Origin: Antedon mediterranea
Taxonomy: Eukaryota; Animalia; Echinodermata
Reading direction: 5' to 3'
Length of the DNA stretch: 64,000 nt
Assembly (NCBI RefSeq): GCF_964355755.1
Contig: NC_092674.1
Span: forward strand, 5,766,001-5,830,000
The notes under the pieces are model-generated. The model ran no database searches. It saw nothing but the letters and a program-made list of their open reading frames with translations, and was not told the DNA's origin. Shown here in pieces: positions 52,671 through 64,000 of the stretch (its first letter is position 1; every line of letters begins with the position of its first letter). A program made the position numbers and the translations under genes.

Positions 52671-55600
52671 CTGAGAGAATTCATAAAATAGTATGTTAAA
52701 GTATTAAGTAGTATTTTTTAATTTTTAACAGAAATAATTGTATTATGATATGTATGATTTCGTAAAGTGTAAATACCTTCACAGATTGCTTGACACCTGT
52801 GATGCCACCTGCCCATTTGCATACAAATTTCAGTGCATCCATTGACGTCTTGCTCTCCCTGTAAAGATAATACAGTACAGTATTGTGTATTGTGTGAATC
52901 GTATATATTATTTTTTATTTGACATGGAAGACATACAGTACAAAACATTTATCATTATTCTCATTACTAATATTTTATTCATTAATATTTTATAATCAAG
53001 AACTATGAACATTTTTCTCAAAATTTTTCAAATAAGTAAAAAACAAGATACCTTGCAGTTTGCTGGCGGAGTGCATTTAAGAAGGTGTCTGGGTGAAACA
53101 GCTCGGAAAGATCAACAGTATCTGATAGTAGAGAATTTGACTGCACTTTTTGCACCCACCCCTGCAAAGCAATGGTTCGAGCCACTACTGTTCTCAGGTA
53201 GTGTATCGGGTCTTCTGGGCCATTCCATTTTTTCTGCCATGCAAGAGGAACCTTTAAAAAAAGACATAATATTTTACTTTTGGATTCTAGGATACAAATT
53301 GGAGAAAATGTAATCTTAAATCTAATTAGAATAACTAAATGGTACGCTCGCTTCGCTCGCGTACCATCTAGGTGGTGCCCACAGATGGTTCTCGAATACA
53401 TAATAATTTCAGCGTTAAAAAACTGGCGATTTCAAATGTACGTACCGCAAGACAATAATACATGTCGTTTACAGGAACGAATAAATAGACACTGTGATTT
53501 ATGTACTGTAAAATTAGTACCCTGGGAATTACTTCAGAAAGAGAAACTTGTCACAAAATGAGACCAATTGTTTAAGTCAAATTTAAACAAACTTAATTTG
53601 TGTTTTGTATGTAACATTATGGTTGAGGGATGGGGAAGAGGATGGGTGCAAAGAGGAACAATTTTTAAATATATTCTTTATCCATTTAGTAACGAAATAT
53701 TAATTGTTTTCATGTTTTACAAATAATATACCAATAAACACAGTAAAACATTGCGATTTAATACTTTGTTGAAACTATCACCGTTCTAGTCGATTGAAAT
53801 AGTACAGTACATGTAACGATACATCACTACACGACATGTATATGTTTATATAATGTAAAACAATTTGTGAAAACCACCTCTATTCGGGGAAATCATAAAT
53901 TCGATTTAATCGTCAATAAATATTAAATTATCTAACTCTAATTAGTAGGCCTAATGGTTTTCAATTGTTTCTTAGAGCCAATTCATACTTAAGTTGGTTC
54001 CTACCCTACCCACCAAAGTTGTTCTGCGTTTAGAGCATGTGATGTACCGTAGGCCTATCCTCTACTGGTTTTACAACGCTACTCATGCCAGGGTGATGAT
54101 GTGGGTGGTTTAACTGCAATAATAAAGATGTGTAGGGCCTACAAATTATACAGCGAGTGAAAACGCTAGCTCATTATCCGTTAAAAAAAATTTTATATCC
54201 AACCTCTGCAGCACAGATTGAAAAAAAAATGGATCGAATTTCTGTTATGAGTATACAGTACTTGCCTTTACGACGCCCGAGGGAATAGACACTTGTGGAA
54301 CAGAGATTGGAATGTTCCATTCATCGCATATCAATACATATGTATAAACGTATATTAAATCTATCAAAATAGTATTTTTTAAAGAAAATCGGCCTGTCTT
54401 CAACATTATGATGCTGTACTCGAGCTGTTCAACCGGTTTTCAGCTATTAAAAACAATTATCGTAGGAGGAGACAGGAAAATGCGAAGCATCCTCGTATTA
54501 TTGTCTGCGGGTATTTTTCAAGACGGACATCCATAAGACAGTGTATACCACGATCGAAAAACACCCCTATTTGGGGCAAATCGTTGAACCTAAATTCGTT
54601 TTAATCGTCAATAACTAATTACCGAACTCAATTTAATTAGTAAACAGGGTTACATCAGGTGGTTAAAATCAGTATCGGAAGTACGAACCAACTTTATATA
54701 CCATCGAGTAAACATTCTAGAAATAACGCGCGATTTACCGAATTTTGCCCTTACGTAAATTTATATATAGATGTAACAGTTTTTGTACTATACCTCCTGG
54801 TTGAGTAGGTTTTTAGCCAAGGAACTAACTTCACTGGTAAGCAGTATGGAGCCTCTGAGCACTTTACTTAGACTAGCCAGTGTAGAGTGAATGAATTGGA
54901 CAAGGTGTACAGCATTGTAATACTCCTGCAGTATGAAGGAATTGATCGGTGGTTCATTCCCAGACTTGTCTGTTGGCACTTGCACCTTGGCATGGATTAG
55001 CTGTGAACCCTGTAAAAATAAACATTTCATTTAACTAAAGGTCAATATTAAAGATTCCATGGCAATCCTCATTAGGAAGGAATCATAGAGACTTCATAGA
55101 AATTCTTAGAGAGACTACAGTTTGGCAATACTTGAGATTCAGAAGAATTCCACACCCTCCAGAGAAATTCTGGAGACGTCATAGCAATTCATAGAGAGAC
55201 TACAGTATGGCAATATATGAGATTCAGAAGAATTCTAGAGACTTCATAGCAATTCTTACAGACTCTGGCAATCCCAGAGATTTCAGGAGAATCCTAGAGA
55301 CTTAATAGCAATTCTTATAGACTCTGCCAATCCAAGAGATTCCATTGGAATCCTAGTGACTCCAGTGAAATTTTAGAGACTTCATAGTGATTCTTAGAAA
55401 CTCTAAGGCAAGTATCTTACCTGGTTCAACTTTTTCCAGAGGTTAAGTATAGGTGTGAGTTCATTTGACCATTTGTCCTTGTCAAATTTTCCAGCCTCTA
55501 CATCCAGCCGTCGAAGAACCTTCAGTTGTGATATTACTTGACCACTAATAAAACGCTGTGCTGACCGTTCAATGTTTGCTGGTAGGCCAAAAAAGGATGG

Positions 55601-58600
55601 CTTGTCTGTCTCAGGAAAGTTGGTAACAAGATCAGTATAATCCTGAAATAAAGGACAATTATTTTAATTATATCAGACAAGGAAGTAATGTAATTTACAC
55701 ATGTATTCGGCAAGTTGTCTAACATCGCTGAATCGGAGATGACATAATAGCAATAAATTTATAGAGAATGATATGCTGCAATAGAATGTGTATCATACCT
55801 TATCATAACATGAACTAGGAAGAGCGATGTTAGTGGCCAGTTTCTTTCGACCTTTGCCCCCACTTAATACATCTTTGTTGAAGAATTGCGTGAGGTAAGA
55901 TTGAAGTACTCTCAAATCAAACGTGTTGTCGACACGACCTCCATAAATAGCATTCTCAAACAAGCCATGCACAAAGTCCCATGACACTTCTTTGGCTTTA
56001 TAAGTAAAATAAAATGGAAATCAAGAACTTTTAAAGTGTTCATCCTAATTTCCTCACCAGAGGCCTGCAGCTTCTGTAGAATAGTTACCCGCAGTGGGTG
56101 GTCCTGTTGTTACAATGTTGGTACACAGGTAGATATAGTGTGTTTTGTGAATACACTATATCTACCTTGTCTACCTTGTCATCTATCATTTGGTAGGGCC
56201 ATGACAGTCCTCTTTCTCCATACCTTTAGTGCTTCTTATTTTAGTTCCGAATATATATATATATTTGTATTTTTATTCATCAAGCATACACTACAACATT
56301 TAAAATTCCTACCATCACCATAAAATAAGAATAACACACTTGCTGTGCCAACTGAATAACAAATACCTTTGTATCAACTCATTCAATATTGAGTGTGAAA
56401 TATTTTAGAATCTATGTTACAAATATTACAGAGTAAATATAACAAATAAAATATTTGATTAAAAATAAGCATACATGATTTAGAGCATATCCTGTCAATG
56501 ATGTCAGCTCCAGCTCTCAAATCTGCCATGGAAAATTCATAAAACTTGGTCCATCCCTGAGGAATGAAGTTCCTTCTTTCCTGACAAATAGCATGGAACC
56601 ATGCCAAAGCAAACAGAGCCTGAGAACGGATGACATTGTTGTTCTTCGAGACAAAGTCTGTTGACCAGGACTCATAACTACGCTGAAGGTTTTTCTTGAT
56701 GCCTGGTGGCGCCTGTAAAGGAAGATCACATATTGCATTAACTTCCAATTTTATTTTGGTTTGCATTATTCCTTCTACAGTTAAAATGATGTCAAGGTTA
56801 AGCAAATATATTATTATTAAACTGTATTGTTTTTGCATTTTGTTGTCACAACTACAATTATGGAGGAATTTCTAAAATACCAAGAAACCAATTCTCTAAC
56901 ATAGCATAGTGGAATTTGTACTATGCCAGAGATTTAAAACTGTGGCTACACTATTAAACTAGTTTGACAAAAAAAGTGTGATGTCCCAAATATGGTAGTG
57001 ATATGCCCAAATATGGTAGTGATACGACATCATTGATCCATATATAGGCACATCACATTTTTTGTTACAGAAACGTTGATAGAGTAGACAGAGCTTTAGT
57101 CAATCAAACAAAACTGGCCATTTAAGTTTCACAGAAACTACAAAGAAGAGATTTAAATGCAGAATATTCCATTTTTAGAATAGGGGATAAATCATGTGCA
57201 AGACAATCTTCTTACCTCATATGTTACTTTTAGACTAGACTGCAACAGGATGGTTGGGAACTTAGGGTGACTTTCAGCTGTCAGCCAGAGTCTGAAATTC
57301 TCATGTGTTACAAGAGAGTTCAGCTCCTGAAAAAGACAATTTGAGTAGTAGATAAAAATGACATTATGATGATGGTGAAGTCATTGATAGAGATGACAAT
57401 TGTAACTATAATGGGATTATAAAATGACAAAATATAAATTCTTGTGTGTTACAAGAGAGTTCAGCTGCTAAAAAAAAGACAATTTGACTAGTAATAACAA
57501 TGACATTATGATGATGGTGAAGTCATTGATAGAGATGGAAATGGCAATTGTAACTATGATGGGATTATAAAATGACAAAATATGAATAAAAAATAATTAT
57601 AATGTTACCTTTTCTAAGACTGGTAGCCAAGCAGTAACAAGATGAAGATTCTTCAGGCACAGCCATTCACCATTCCTAGCACATTCGTGTAATAACTGCA
57701 TTGCTATGTCTGCTTGCCCTTGTCCCATTGCAACCTGTATATTACATGTACATTTAGTATTAGTGATTTTTTCTTTTGGGTTTTGAATGCACTGCTAACA
57801 AAATCTTACTTCTCTTAAATACCAGACTTTGCAGAAGACTTAGGGTCAGTTAGCTAGGGAGAAAGTATTCACAGATTCACATTCTATAAGTTTGTTGTCG
57901 TCGGTTGTGAATAGTACACTACATTATAAGCATAGCATCTTAACCTGGTGGGAAAGCCGGATGTACCAAAGATGAAGTGAATAGGTTAGAACTAAATGAT
58001 AGACAAAATTGTTATTATTTGACATCTTAAGCTCTTTCTACACTATCACTATCACTATAAAATGTGTGGTGTACCCAAATATGGTAGTGATAGAACTTCA
58101 TCATGTCTATGATAGTGTAGACAGAGCTTAAGATGGTTTTATGTCATACAGACCTGATGGTACTTGTCATTTCCAATAACCTCATCAGCAAGCTCTTGCA
58201 GCTCTTCTGAGGCATCAGCGCCTGGTGAGATAATGATAAGGATTGGTTCTGAAGATACCGTCTCTTGATACAGACGCTTCAAATTCAATGATGGCGGTGA
58301 CAACTCTTTCATGCCTGCAAAATTATTTAAAATAATATAAAATCTTTATTGTCATGACATTTGTTTTCCTTGAAACACACACACTATATACAGAAAATAT
58401 AACAGATGAGATCAGAGTCACAATAAAAGAGTTCTTAATGTATAGGAACCAGTCTTTGGAATGAGTATTCTGATATTAAACTTACCAAGAGCTTTACAAG
58501 CAAACACGCTCATAGCGCTTTGAAGGCGGTCAGGTCGCACAGCTTGAACTACCAGTAACTAAGGGAGAAAAATTTACATCAAAATACTTTTAAACATTGA

Positions 58601-61597
58601 TGAATTACTAGGATCCTACTACTACAGAGTACTGCTCCAATTAATGAATGTAACAAACACAGAACTGAATGTAAATGGGACTATGGTGAACACAGAAAAA
58701 GTCGACCAGAAAAGAAACAAACTTTACCAAAACAACTTATTTTTACTATCAATAACAGAATTTCTTTACCTGTTGGAATGCAGAAACTTTCTTCTGAAGA
58801 GGAGTTGGAAATTCAATCTCACACTGTGAGCTCCTTGAGAATCCTGACCACAAACTGCCATCAGTGAAGCTCAGTGACTGGTATAACGCAACAAAGTTAC
58901 TCTGTAACAGAAGAAAGAGAAAATAATAATATAATTATAATACAGTAGTGATTAATCAATATGCAAAAAAAACTAATGCCAAAGCTTGTATATGGATCGT
59001 AGAAAGTGGAGAGTCATGCAAGGTAACATTTTTAACTCAAACCAACAAAGTTACTATGTAACAGAAGAGAGACAGAAAAAGAAAAATTATGATAGTAGAA
59101 ATAAGATAATGCTACAGCAACAGCTTGCATACTGAATGTAGCAAGTAGAGATCTTTTGAGTCAAGTCTTTCTATCTTGGCGTTACTTTTTAGTTTGGGGA
59201 AAGTGACCAAGCAGTTCATCAGGTGAAAATTCTTTTTGTTCAATCAATCAATCAATCCAGAATCACAAACCTTTATAATGTTGACCTCTTGATGTCTATC
59301 CTCATCAATCCAGTTGGGCATTGCATCCTTCTGACGTTGACCATCAGATTTGATGTCTGATACAATCTGACCAATGAATGCTTCCCATTCCTGAGTAAAC
59401 AAAGTACACAATTATTTATATTAAGATTCATTTTCTGAATGACTACTTGGTTAAAAAAACCAAAATTACAAGTTGATTGTCTCGCATATACTAGGATAAA
59501 GTGTGAAAAAGTTACATACATTTTCTTGGAACATTCCTGGGTGCATTCCATACGCAAGATGAAGGGCAAACATCAGTCTATCTGCTTTAAATAGTGAGCG
59601 GCATACATACTCATAGACAAGGTCCTGCAAGCATTTGATAAGGCGCTGGATCCTCATCTCAGTACTGCTTCCATCCTACAAGACACAAATAACATAGTGT
59701 ACTCTCAATCTAGCAATACTTTTTCAATACTAACTAGAGTTTCCCCCTTAAAAATAATAGAAATTCTCCTTAAAGCCTGGTTTCCATAAAATCGATACAC
59801 GACAGAGCGTAGCGATTCTATGGAAAAGCTAGAATTTACCGGGGATCTAGTACGGGAGTGCTAAATATTCTTTGGTACGTGTATACGATTCATCGCCGAC
59901 AAAATCGGCAAAGTTGAACATGCTTGAATTTTGCCGATTTGACTGCGATGAATCGGAGAGCCTTCCCGATTGTGTCAGCGAAACCTGCGTGTGTAGCGAT
60001 TTTAATGGAAACGCTGTAGCGATTTTATGGAAACCAGGCTTATGTAAAAAACTAATTATATAGTATAGAGATAAATACCTCTATGATATATATATATTAA
60101 TTATCTACAGTGTATACTTACAGTCTTTCCTTGCAATGCACGAGAAAAAATTCTCAGGAACGCACCCAAGCTAAAGCGATACATGTTATTCAGCTTTGCG
60201 AGGTCACTAATAACAAAAAACAGGGTGCTACCATTTTCTGCCAGGGGTAGAAAAGCATCACGCTCCTAAAAAATAATTGTGCAAAAAAATTATGTAAATT
60301 TATTTTTGTTGTTGGTTGGTTTCTATTTTGAGGAAAACTTGAATCTAGATGTAGTGATGGTTTACCTGATCCAATGAAGTCTGTAGGTCCACTGATTCTG
60401 TCAAAGAGTTTGAGATTGTCTGGCTGCTTTCTTTGGTCTTGTTCAGCGAGTCCAACAAGTTTTTGTTCTCTAGAATGTTTCCTTCTGCTTGGGCCAAAGT
60501 CTGATGAAATAAAAAATAAGTTAATTAAAAATCTATTGTATACGGGTATGGACAAAATTATATGTAACTATCTGAAATATGATGAGGCACAGACTGCAGC
60601 CCAAGACAGGGATGTGTGGTGGACAGAAGTTCTCATGTAAAGAGACTACAACTAACTGACCTCTAAAAGAGTTTCTTCCAGTTTGGCTAGTTGGATCTTG
60701 AGATCTTCCTCCTGTTTCAGCAGCTCTGTCTTCCGTACTTCTAGCTCAGGCTTCTCATGTTGGATAGTCATGGCTAGAAGCTGCCCTGTAAGACCAGCCC
60801 GTGTTGTAGTGAAGTTTATCTCAGACACGATGGATGCGGCATCGGGTGGTATTTCTGGATTGGGGTGACGAGTTGTCAGGAACAGACGAAAGTCCTCGTT
60901 GTAGTCAATCATTTTCTCCCCAATCTGAACAACATATCTTGGACCTAATTTGAAAAAATAGTGACTTTCAGAAATGTACTGTGCCAATTATGATCATCAA
61001 AAATCTTCCATACTTTTAATTATCACATTATATTTTTACAAACATTTCATTTGCCATTATGTTGAAGCTCAATAAACTGTGCATTTCTGTGGCATACTCC
61101 TTTCTTTCTTCAGCTATTGTTATTTCTAAAAAAGACATCACTTAATATTTACCTTGGCTAATAAGGTCACCTCGTAGGAGCGGATACAGCATGGGTTCAA
61201 CCTTGTCAATCTCTTGTATAATTAATGTTTTGCCAAATCTTACTGCAAGCTCCAATGCAGTACTGAAATTTGCATCCTATTAACAATTTAAAAAAATACA
61301 TTAAATATTAATAATTCATTTGAGATTGTATCTATCCATGAACAGAGGGTATGGGGTGAACTTTATACATGTTAATCTCCAATAAACTGTAATATGCATA
61401 TATGACAGTCAATTACAGGCTGTGATTGGGTGAGTAACATTTAGAAATGGGCTATGGTCTGAAAATGTACTCATTAAACTGTGCAGTATTTTTCCTACCT
61501 GCTGGTTGACAACTTCTAGTCTTTGTTCCTTCAGATGGGTCTTAAGCCATTCAGTAGCCCTTGATGATGGGTCCACAAGGAAAGGACGTAGAGAATT
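52395..61597 (-). CDS. DYNC2H1: Cytoplasmic dynein 2 heavy chain 1, 3' part (19 exons, ~1031 aa: AAA5, AAA6, C-terminal domain); gene continues beyond the window
   Basis: PFLVDPSSRATEWLK, LELAVRFGKTL, NFTTTRAGLTGQLL, VAMGQGQ, QERRNFIPQGWTKFYEFS, ENAIYGGRVDN, DLSELFHPDTFLNALRQ, WIQTGAALFLK*; these match dynein-2 rather than dynein-1 or axonemal chains; all junctions phase-consistent. Confidence 0.95.
52777..52858 (-). CDS. DYNC2H1: DYNC2H1 exon
   Basis: ESKTSMDALKFVCKW...SVK; phase 2-0. Confidence 0.88.
53052..53251 (-). CDS. DYNC2H1: DYNC2H1 exon
   Basis: VPLAWQKKWNGPEDP...FLNALRQQTAR. Confidence 0.93.
53335..54771 (-). mobile_element. Non-autonomous Helitron (~1.44 kb) in a DYNC2H1 intron
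   Basis: On the minus strand: A|TCTATATATAAA... 5' end; 3' hairpin TGGTACGC-GAGCGAAGCGA-GCGTACCA, then TTTAG|T (degenerate CTAG); A^T insertion, no TSD. Confidence 0.75.
54794..55009 (-). CDS. DYNC2H1: DYNC2H1 exon
   Basis: PINSFILQEYYNAVHLVQFIHSTLASLSKVLRG. Confidence 0.92.
55050..55410. repeat. Degenerate intronic minisatellite (AGAGACTTCATAGCAATTCT-like)
   Basis: Recurrent AGAGACT/GCAAT/GAATTC motifs with ~10-bp sub-periodicity. Confidence 0.6.
55421..55642 (-). CDS. DYNC2H1: DYNC2H1 exon
   Basis: LPETDKPSFFGLPANIERS...LWKKLNQ. Confidence 0.92.
55799..55995 (-). CDS. DYNC2H1: DYNC2H1 exon
   Basis: WDFVHGLFENAIYGGRVDNTFD. Confidence 0.92.
56475..56712 (-). CDS. DYNC2H1: DYNC2H1 exon
   Basis: APPGIKKNLQRSYESW...FYEFSMADLRAG. 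Confidence 0.94.
56946..57095. mobile_element. MITE family A copy
   Basis: CTACACTATTAAACTAGTTTG...GTAGACAGAGCT with CCCAAATATGGTAGTGATA repeats. Confidence 0.75.
57216..57326 (-). CDS. DYNC2H1: DYNC2H1 exon
   Basis: ELNSLVTHENFRLWLTAESHPKFP...SLKVTYE. Confidence 0.92.
57609..57734 (-). CDS. DYNC2H1: DYNC2H1 exon
   Basis: VAMGQGQADIAM...WLCLKNLHLVTAWLPVLEK. Confidence 0.93.
58030..58128. mobile_element. MITE family A, internally deleted copy
   Basis: AGCTCTTTCTACACTATCA...TGATAGTGTAGACAGAGCT. Confidence 0.75.
58154..58314 (-). CDS. DYNC2H1: DYNC2H1 exon
   Basis: EPILIIISPGADASEELQELA. Confidence 0.92.
58486..58558 (-). CDS. DYNC2H1: DYNC2H1 exon
   Basis: LLVVQAVRPDRLQSAM. Confidence 0.9.
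58770..58901 (-). CDS. DYNC2H1: DYNC2H1 exon
   Basis: LYQSLSFTDGSLWSGFSRSSQCEIEFP...FQQ. Confidence 0.88.
59271..59390 (-). CDS. DYNC2H1: DYNC2H1 exon
   Basis: EWEAFIGQIVSD...PNWIDEDR. Confidence 0.88.
59520..59675 (-). CDS. DYNC2H1: DYNC2H1 exon
   Basis: VYEYVCRSLFKADRLMFALH. Confidence 0.92.
59773..60041. mobile_element. MITE family B (~268 bp)
   Basis: TIR AAGCCTGGTTTCCATAAAATCG/CGATTTTATGGAAACCAGGCTT; central hairpin GGCAAAGTTGAAC..; second copy at 62424. Confidence 0.88.
60122..60265 (-). CDS. DYNC2H1: DYNC2H1 exon
   Basis: ERDAFLPLAENGSTLFFVISDLAKLNNMYRFSL. Confidence 0.92.
60366..60500 (-). CDS. DYNC2H1: DYNC2H1 exon
   Basis: TLAQAEGNILENKNLLDSLNKTK. Confidence 0.92.
60661..60944 (-). 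CDS. DYNC2H1: DYNC2H1 exon
   Basis: GPRYVVQIGEKMIDYNEDFRLFL...LEETLLE. Confidence 0.94.
61153..61276 (-). CDS. DYNC2H1: DYNC2H1 exon
   Basis: DANFSTALELAVRFGKTLIIQEID. Confidence 0.92.
61499..61597 (-). CDS. DYNC2H1: DYNC2H1 exon (first in window)
   Basis: NSLRPFLVDPSSRATEWLKTHLK...VVNQQ. Confidence 0.9.
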
Positions 61598-61817
61598 CTA
61601 CATTAAAAAAAAAATACAATTTAAATCACAAATTTGGCTATTTCATATGTAATATTTGATGATAATGAATGCTATAAAATTAACAAACACAAACCAATAT
61701 CAAATTCTAGGTATCTAGACAAATCTATGCCCCCTCTGAGTTTACTTGACACCATTAAATATTTTATAATCATATTTAAACATTTAACATTTCTGAATTA
61801 CAAATAAAAATGATAGC

Positions 61818-61938
61818 ATGGATTAAAAGGTTATGATTAAGAAGGTTAGGATTAAGGTGGTTATGATTAGAAAGGTTAGGATTAAAAAGGTTATGATTAG
61901 AAAGCTTAGGATTAAGAAGGTTATGATTAGAAAGATTA
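61818..61938. repeat. 30-bp tandem repeat (~4 copies)
   Basis: TTATGATTAGAAAGGTTAGGATTAAAAAGG-like unit. Confidence 0.8.
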
Positions 61939-62423
61939 GTTTTTTAATCGATTTGGTGCTGCCGTACAGTGTCATCATAACATACAGTTATCACTATATC
62001 TTTGCAACCCATATAATTTGTTAAGAAAAGCTGTGGCAACAATTTTTATCTGTTTATACAATAATTTGTATGCCTTCTTTACGTTACTACTGTACAATAT
62101 TAATTGATGTTTATGTGCAAAATATTTGCATATGTGCAATATTTATGGAATAGTGGAATGATAAGTTGTCAATGTAATGTACTATCAACATGTTTGTGCA
62201 ATAAGTTTTCTATTAAGCAATTGACTAAAAGCCAACTCATTACAGCACTGTAATATACGTTTGGCTTATGGGTCATACATCGCTGTCTCATCAATAAAGT
62301 TTGTTTCTCACTTGGACACCCATGGAAAGTTATCAACCAATTATGATGGGATGGATCACCCAAATTGTCACTTGGGGTGGCCAACTCACTTGAAGTTGCG
62401 ACAGCATCGTTACATTGTGTCTA

Positions 62424-62692
62424 AAGCCTGGTTTCCATAAACTCGCTACACGACAGAGAGTAGCGATTCTATGGAAACGCTAGAATTTATCTGGGATCTA
62501 GTACGCGAGCGCTAAATATTCTTTGGTACGCGTATACGATTCATCGCAGACACAATTGGCAAAGTTGAACATGGTTGAACTTTGCCGATTTGACTGCGAT
62601 GAATCGGGGACCTTCCCGATTGCGTCAGCGACATCTGCGCGTGTAGCGATTTTAATGGAAACGCTGTAGCGATTTTAATGGAAACCAGGCTT
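62424..62692. mobile_element. MITE family B, second copy
   Basis: Same TIRs and colinear interior; TA on both sides. Confidence 0.88.
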
Positions 62693-63599
62693 TAGTGACA
62701 CATCATCTACAAATTCTGTGATTGTTTTGTGCAATATGTATATATTTTAGTGCCACACTAAATGTTTAGTCACACCAATACAACTACTACTACTACCACG
62801 TCACACCAAACCAACATGAATCTTACCCCAACACCAAGATCATTGATCTTAATGGTGTCACAATAAATTAAGTTGTTGATAAAGATATCAGGCATCCATT
62901 AGTGGTACAGCAACGAAAGCATGCAATGAACAAAATAAAATTCAAATGAAACAATTTACTGATCATTATCATCAGCTGATTATAAATATCCTTATTAATA
63001 CAGTCGCTTCTACAATTTATGTAACCTCTATCTTATCACAGTTTGTTCTTGAGATAGTCTGTCATTTGGAGCTTTGGCGTCTAACCTCTATGGAAGTTGC
63101 TATTGGTAGTTATGTTATGAGACTCTCAAACATAAATTTAATACAACGTTAACAATAAAAAAAATAAAAAAACATAACATATTTATTAAATTTGTTAGAT
63201 GCTAAAAAAATAAAGAGTGAACATATTATCATTATTAACTCAATAAAAACAAACACAATTCTCATATTTTACATTAAACTGTGGAAGATGTTTGCCTGGT
63301 ATCATTCTATTCAAGCCATTTACATCATTGTCATTGGTCCATGCCAGCTAAGAAAAACAAATCAGCAGATACAATGAAAGTAGGTAAAATAAGAGCAACA
63401 GTACAACGAGGTGACCTTTGTACTTCATAATTCTTTATTCACCAAAACGGTATAAACAAATAGCTTTCGCTAGTCATTGGTTTACACCTGATTAACAAAT
63501 ATAATACTGTTCAGTGCAAACGATTTTGATAATATAATTATACAATAAGGTGAAAAAAAAAAAACCACAATAATGACAAAAAGAAAGAGGTGGGCCAGC

Positions 63600-63900
63600 A
63601 TTAATCAGTATCTCGATAATAGTAGTTATATTTTTTACAAAATTAATTTTTGATGTATTATTTTTTATGTCGAGTGATAAATTATTCCAAAATTTTGTGC
63701 CAGTAAACGAAATTCTAAATTGACCAGCCATAGTACGGGCTTTTGGGATAGATAGGTTATTACCTTGTTTAAACCTAGTAGTTCGTAAATGATCAACTGT
63801 ACTAAAATAATAACTGATTTGATGTGCAGAGTTTCTATTATATAAATAAAAAACAAAATTAAGTACACATAATTCGTATAGTTTATGAACATCTAGAATA
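63600..63900 (-). mobile_element. Decayed LINE ORF2 C-terminal remnant
   Basis: Minus-strand NLSIPKARTMAGQFRISFTGTKFWNNLSLDIK resembles the conserved G-x-K-x-W-N-x-L tail of CR1/L2/Jockey ORF2; boundaries approximate. Confidence 0.55.
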
Positions 63901-64000
63901 TTAAGTTGCTTAAATATCGGATACTTTGTTTGGTCCTTGCATTTGGTGTAGTTTTTACTTGTTGGTATATTTACCCATGCGAACTGATGAAAGTAAACTT

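Noticed and set aside
57820-57995. GC-richer intronic island, possible snoRNA or SINE
   Set aside because: No convincing C/D, H/ACA or Pol III box arrangement seen; probably a repeat fragment, unclassifiable without a search.
61818-61938. Telomere-like TTAGG motifs
   Set aside because: Isolated motifs inside a 30-bp minisatellite, not a telomeric array.

Overview
AT-rich, intron-containing metazoan (probably invertebrate) genomic DNA, not prokaryotic. + strand 756-31214: an apparently complete teneurin gene. My hand-built model has 25 coding exons with phase-consistent GT-AG junctions, about 2714 aa: intracellular domain, TM, EGF repeats, NHL, YD/RHS shell and Tox-GHH/TCAP tail. It has only 7 recognisable EGF repeats and seems to lack the canonical dimerising EGF5. 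- strand 61597-52395: the last 19 coding exons (about 1031 aa) of cytoplasmic dynein 2 heavy chain (DYNC2H1), convergent with teneurin; its 5' part lies beyond the window. The 21-kb intergenic gap holds a ~14-kb satellite built entirely of nested palindromes, with a 3.83-kb higher-order duplication and a young 5'-truncated CR1-type LINE inserted into a hairpin loop. The gap also contains a Penelope-type minimal hammerhead motif, a 63-bp minisatellite with a short inverted copy on the far side of the satellite, and possibly a tiny spliced gene whose first intron would contain the whole satellite. Introns carry MITEs, a non-autonomous Helitron, a Helentron/DINE-1-like element and local duplications, two of which copy DYNC2H1 splice acceptors. 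All exon boundaries were read by eye and lack transcript support.
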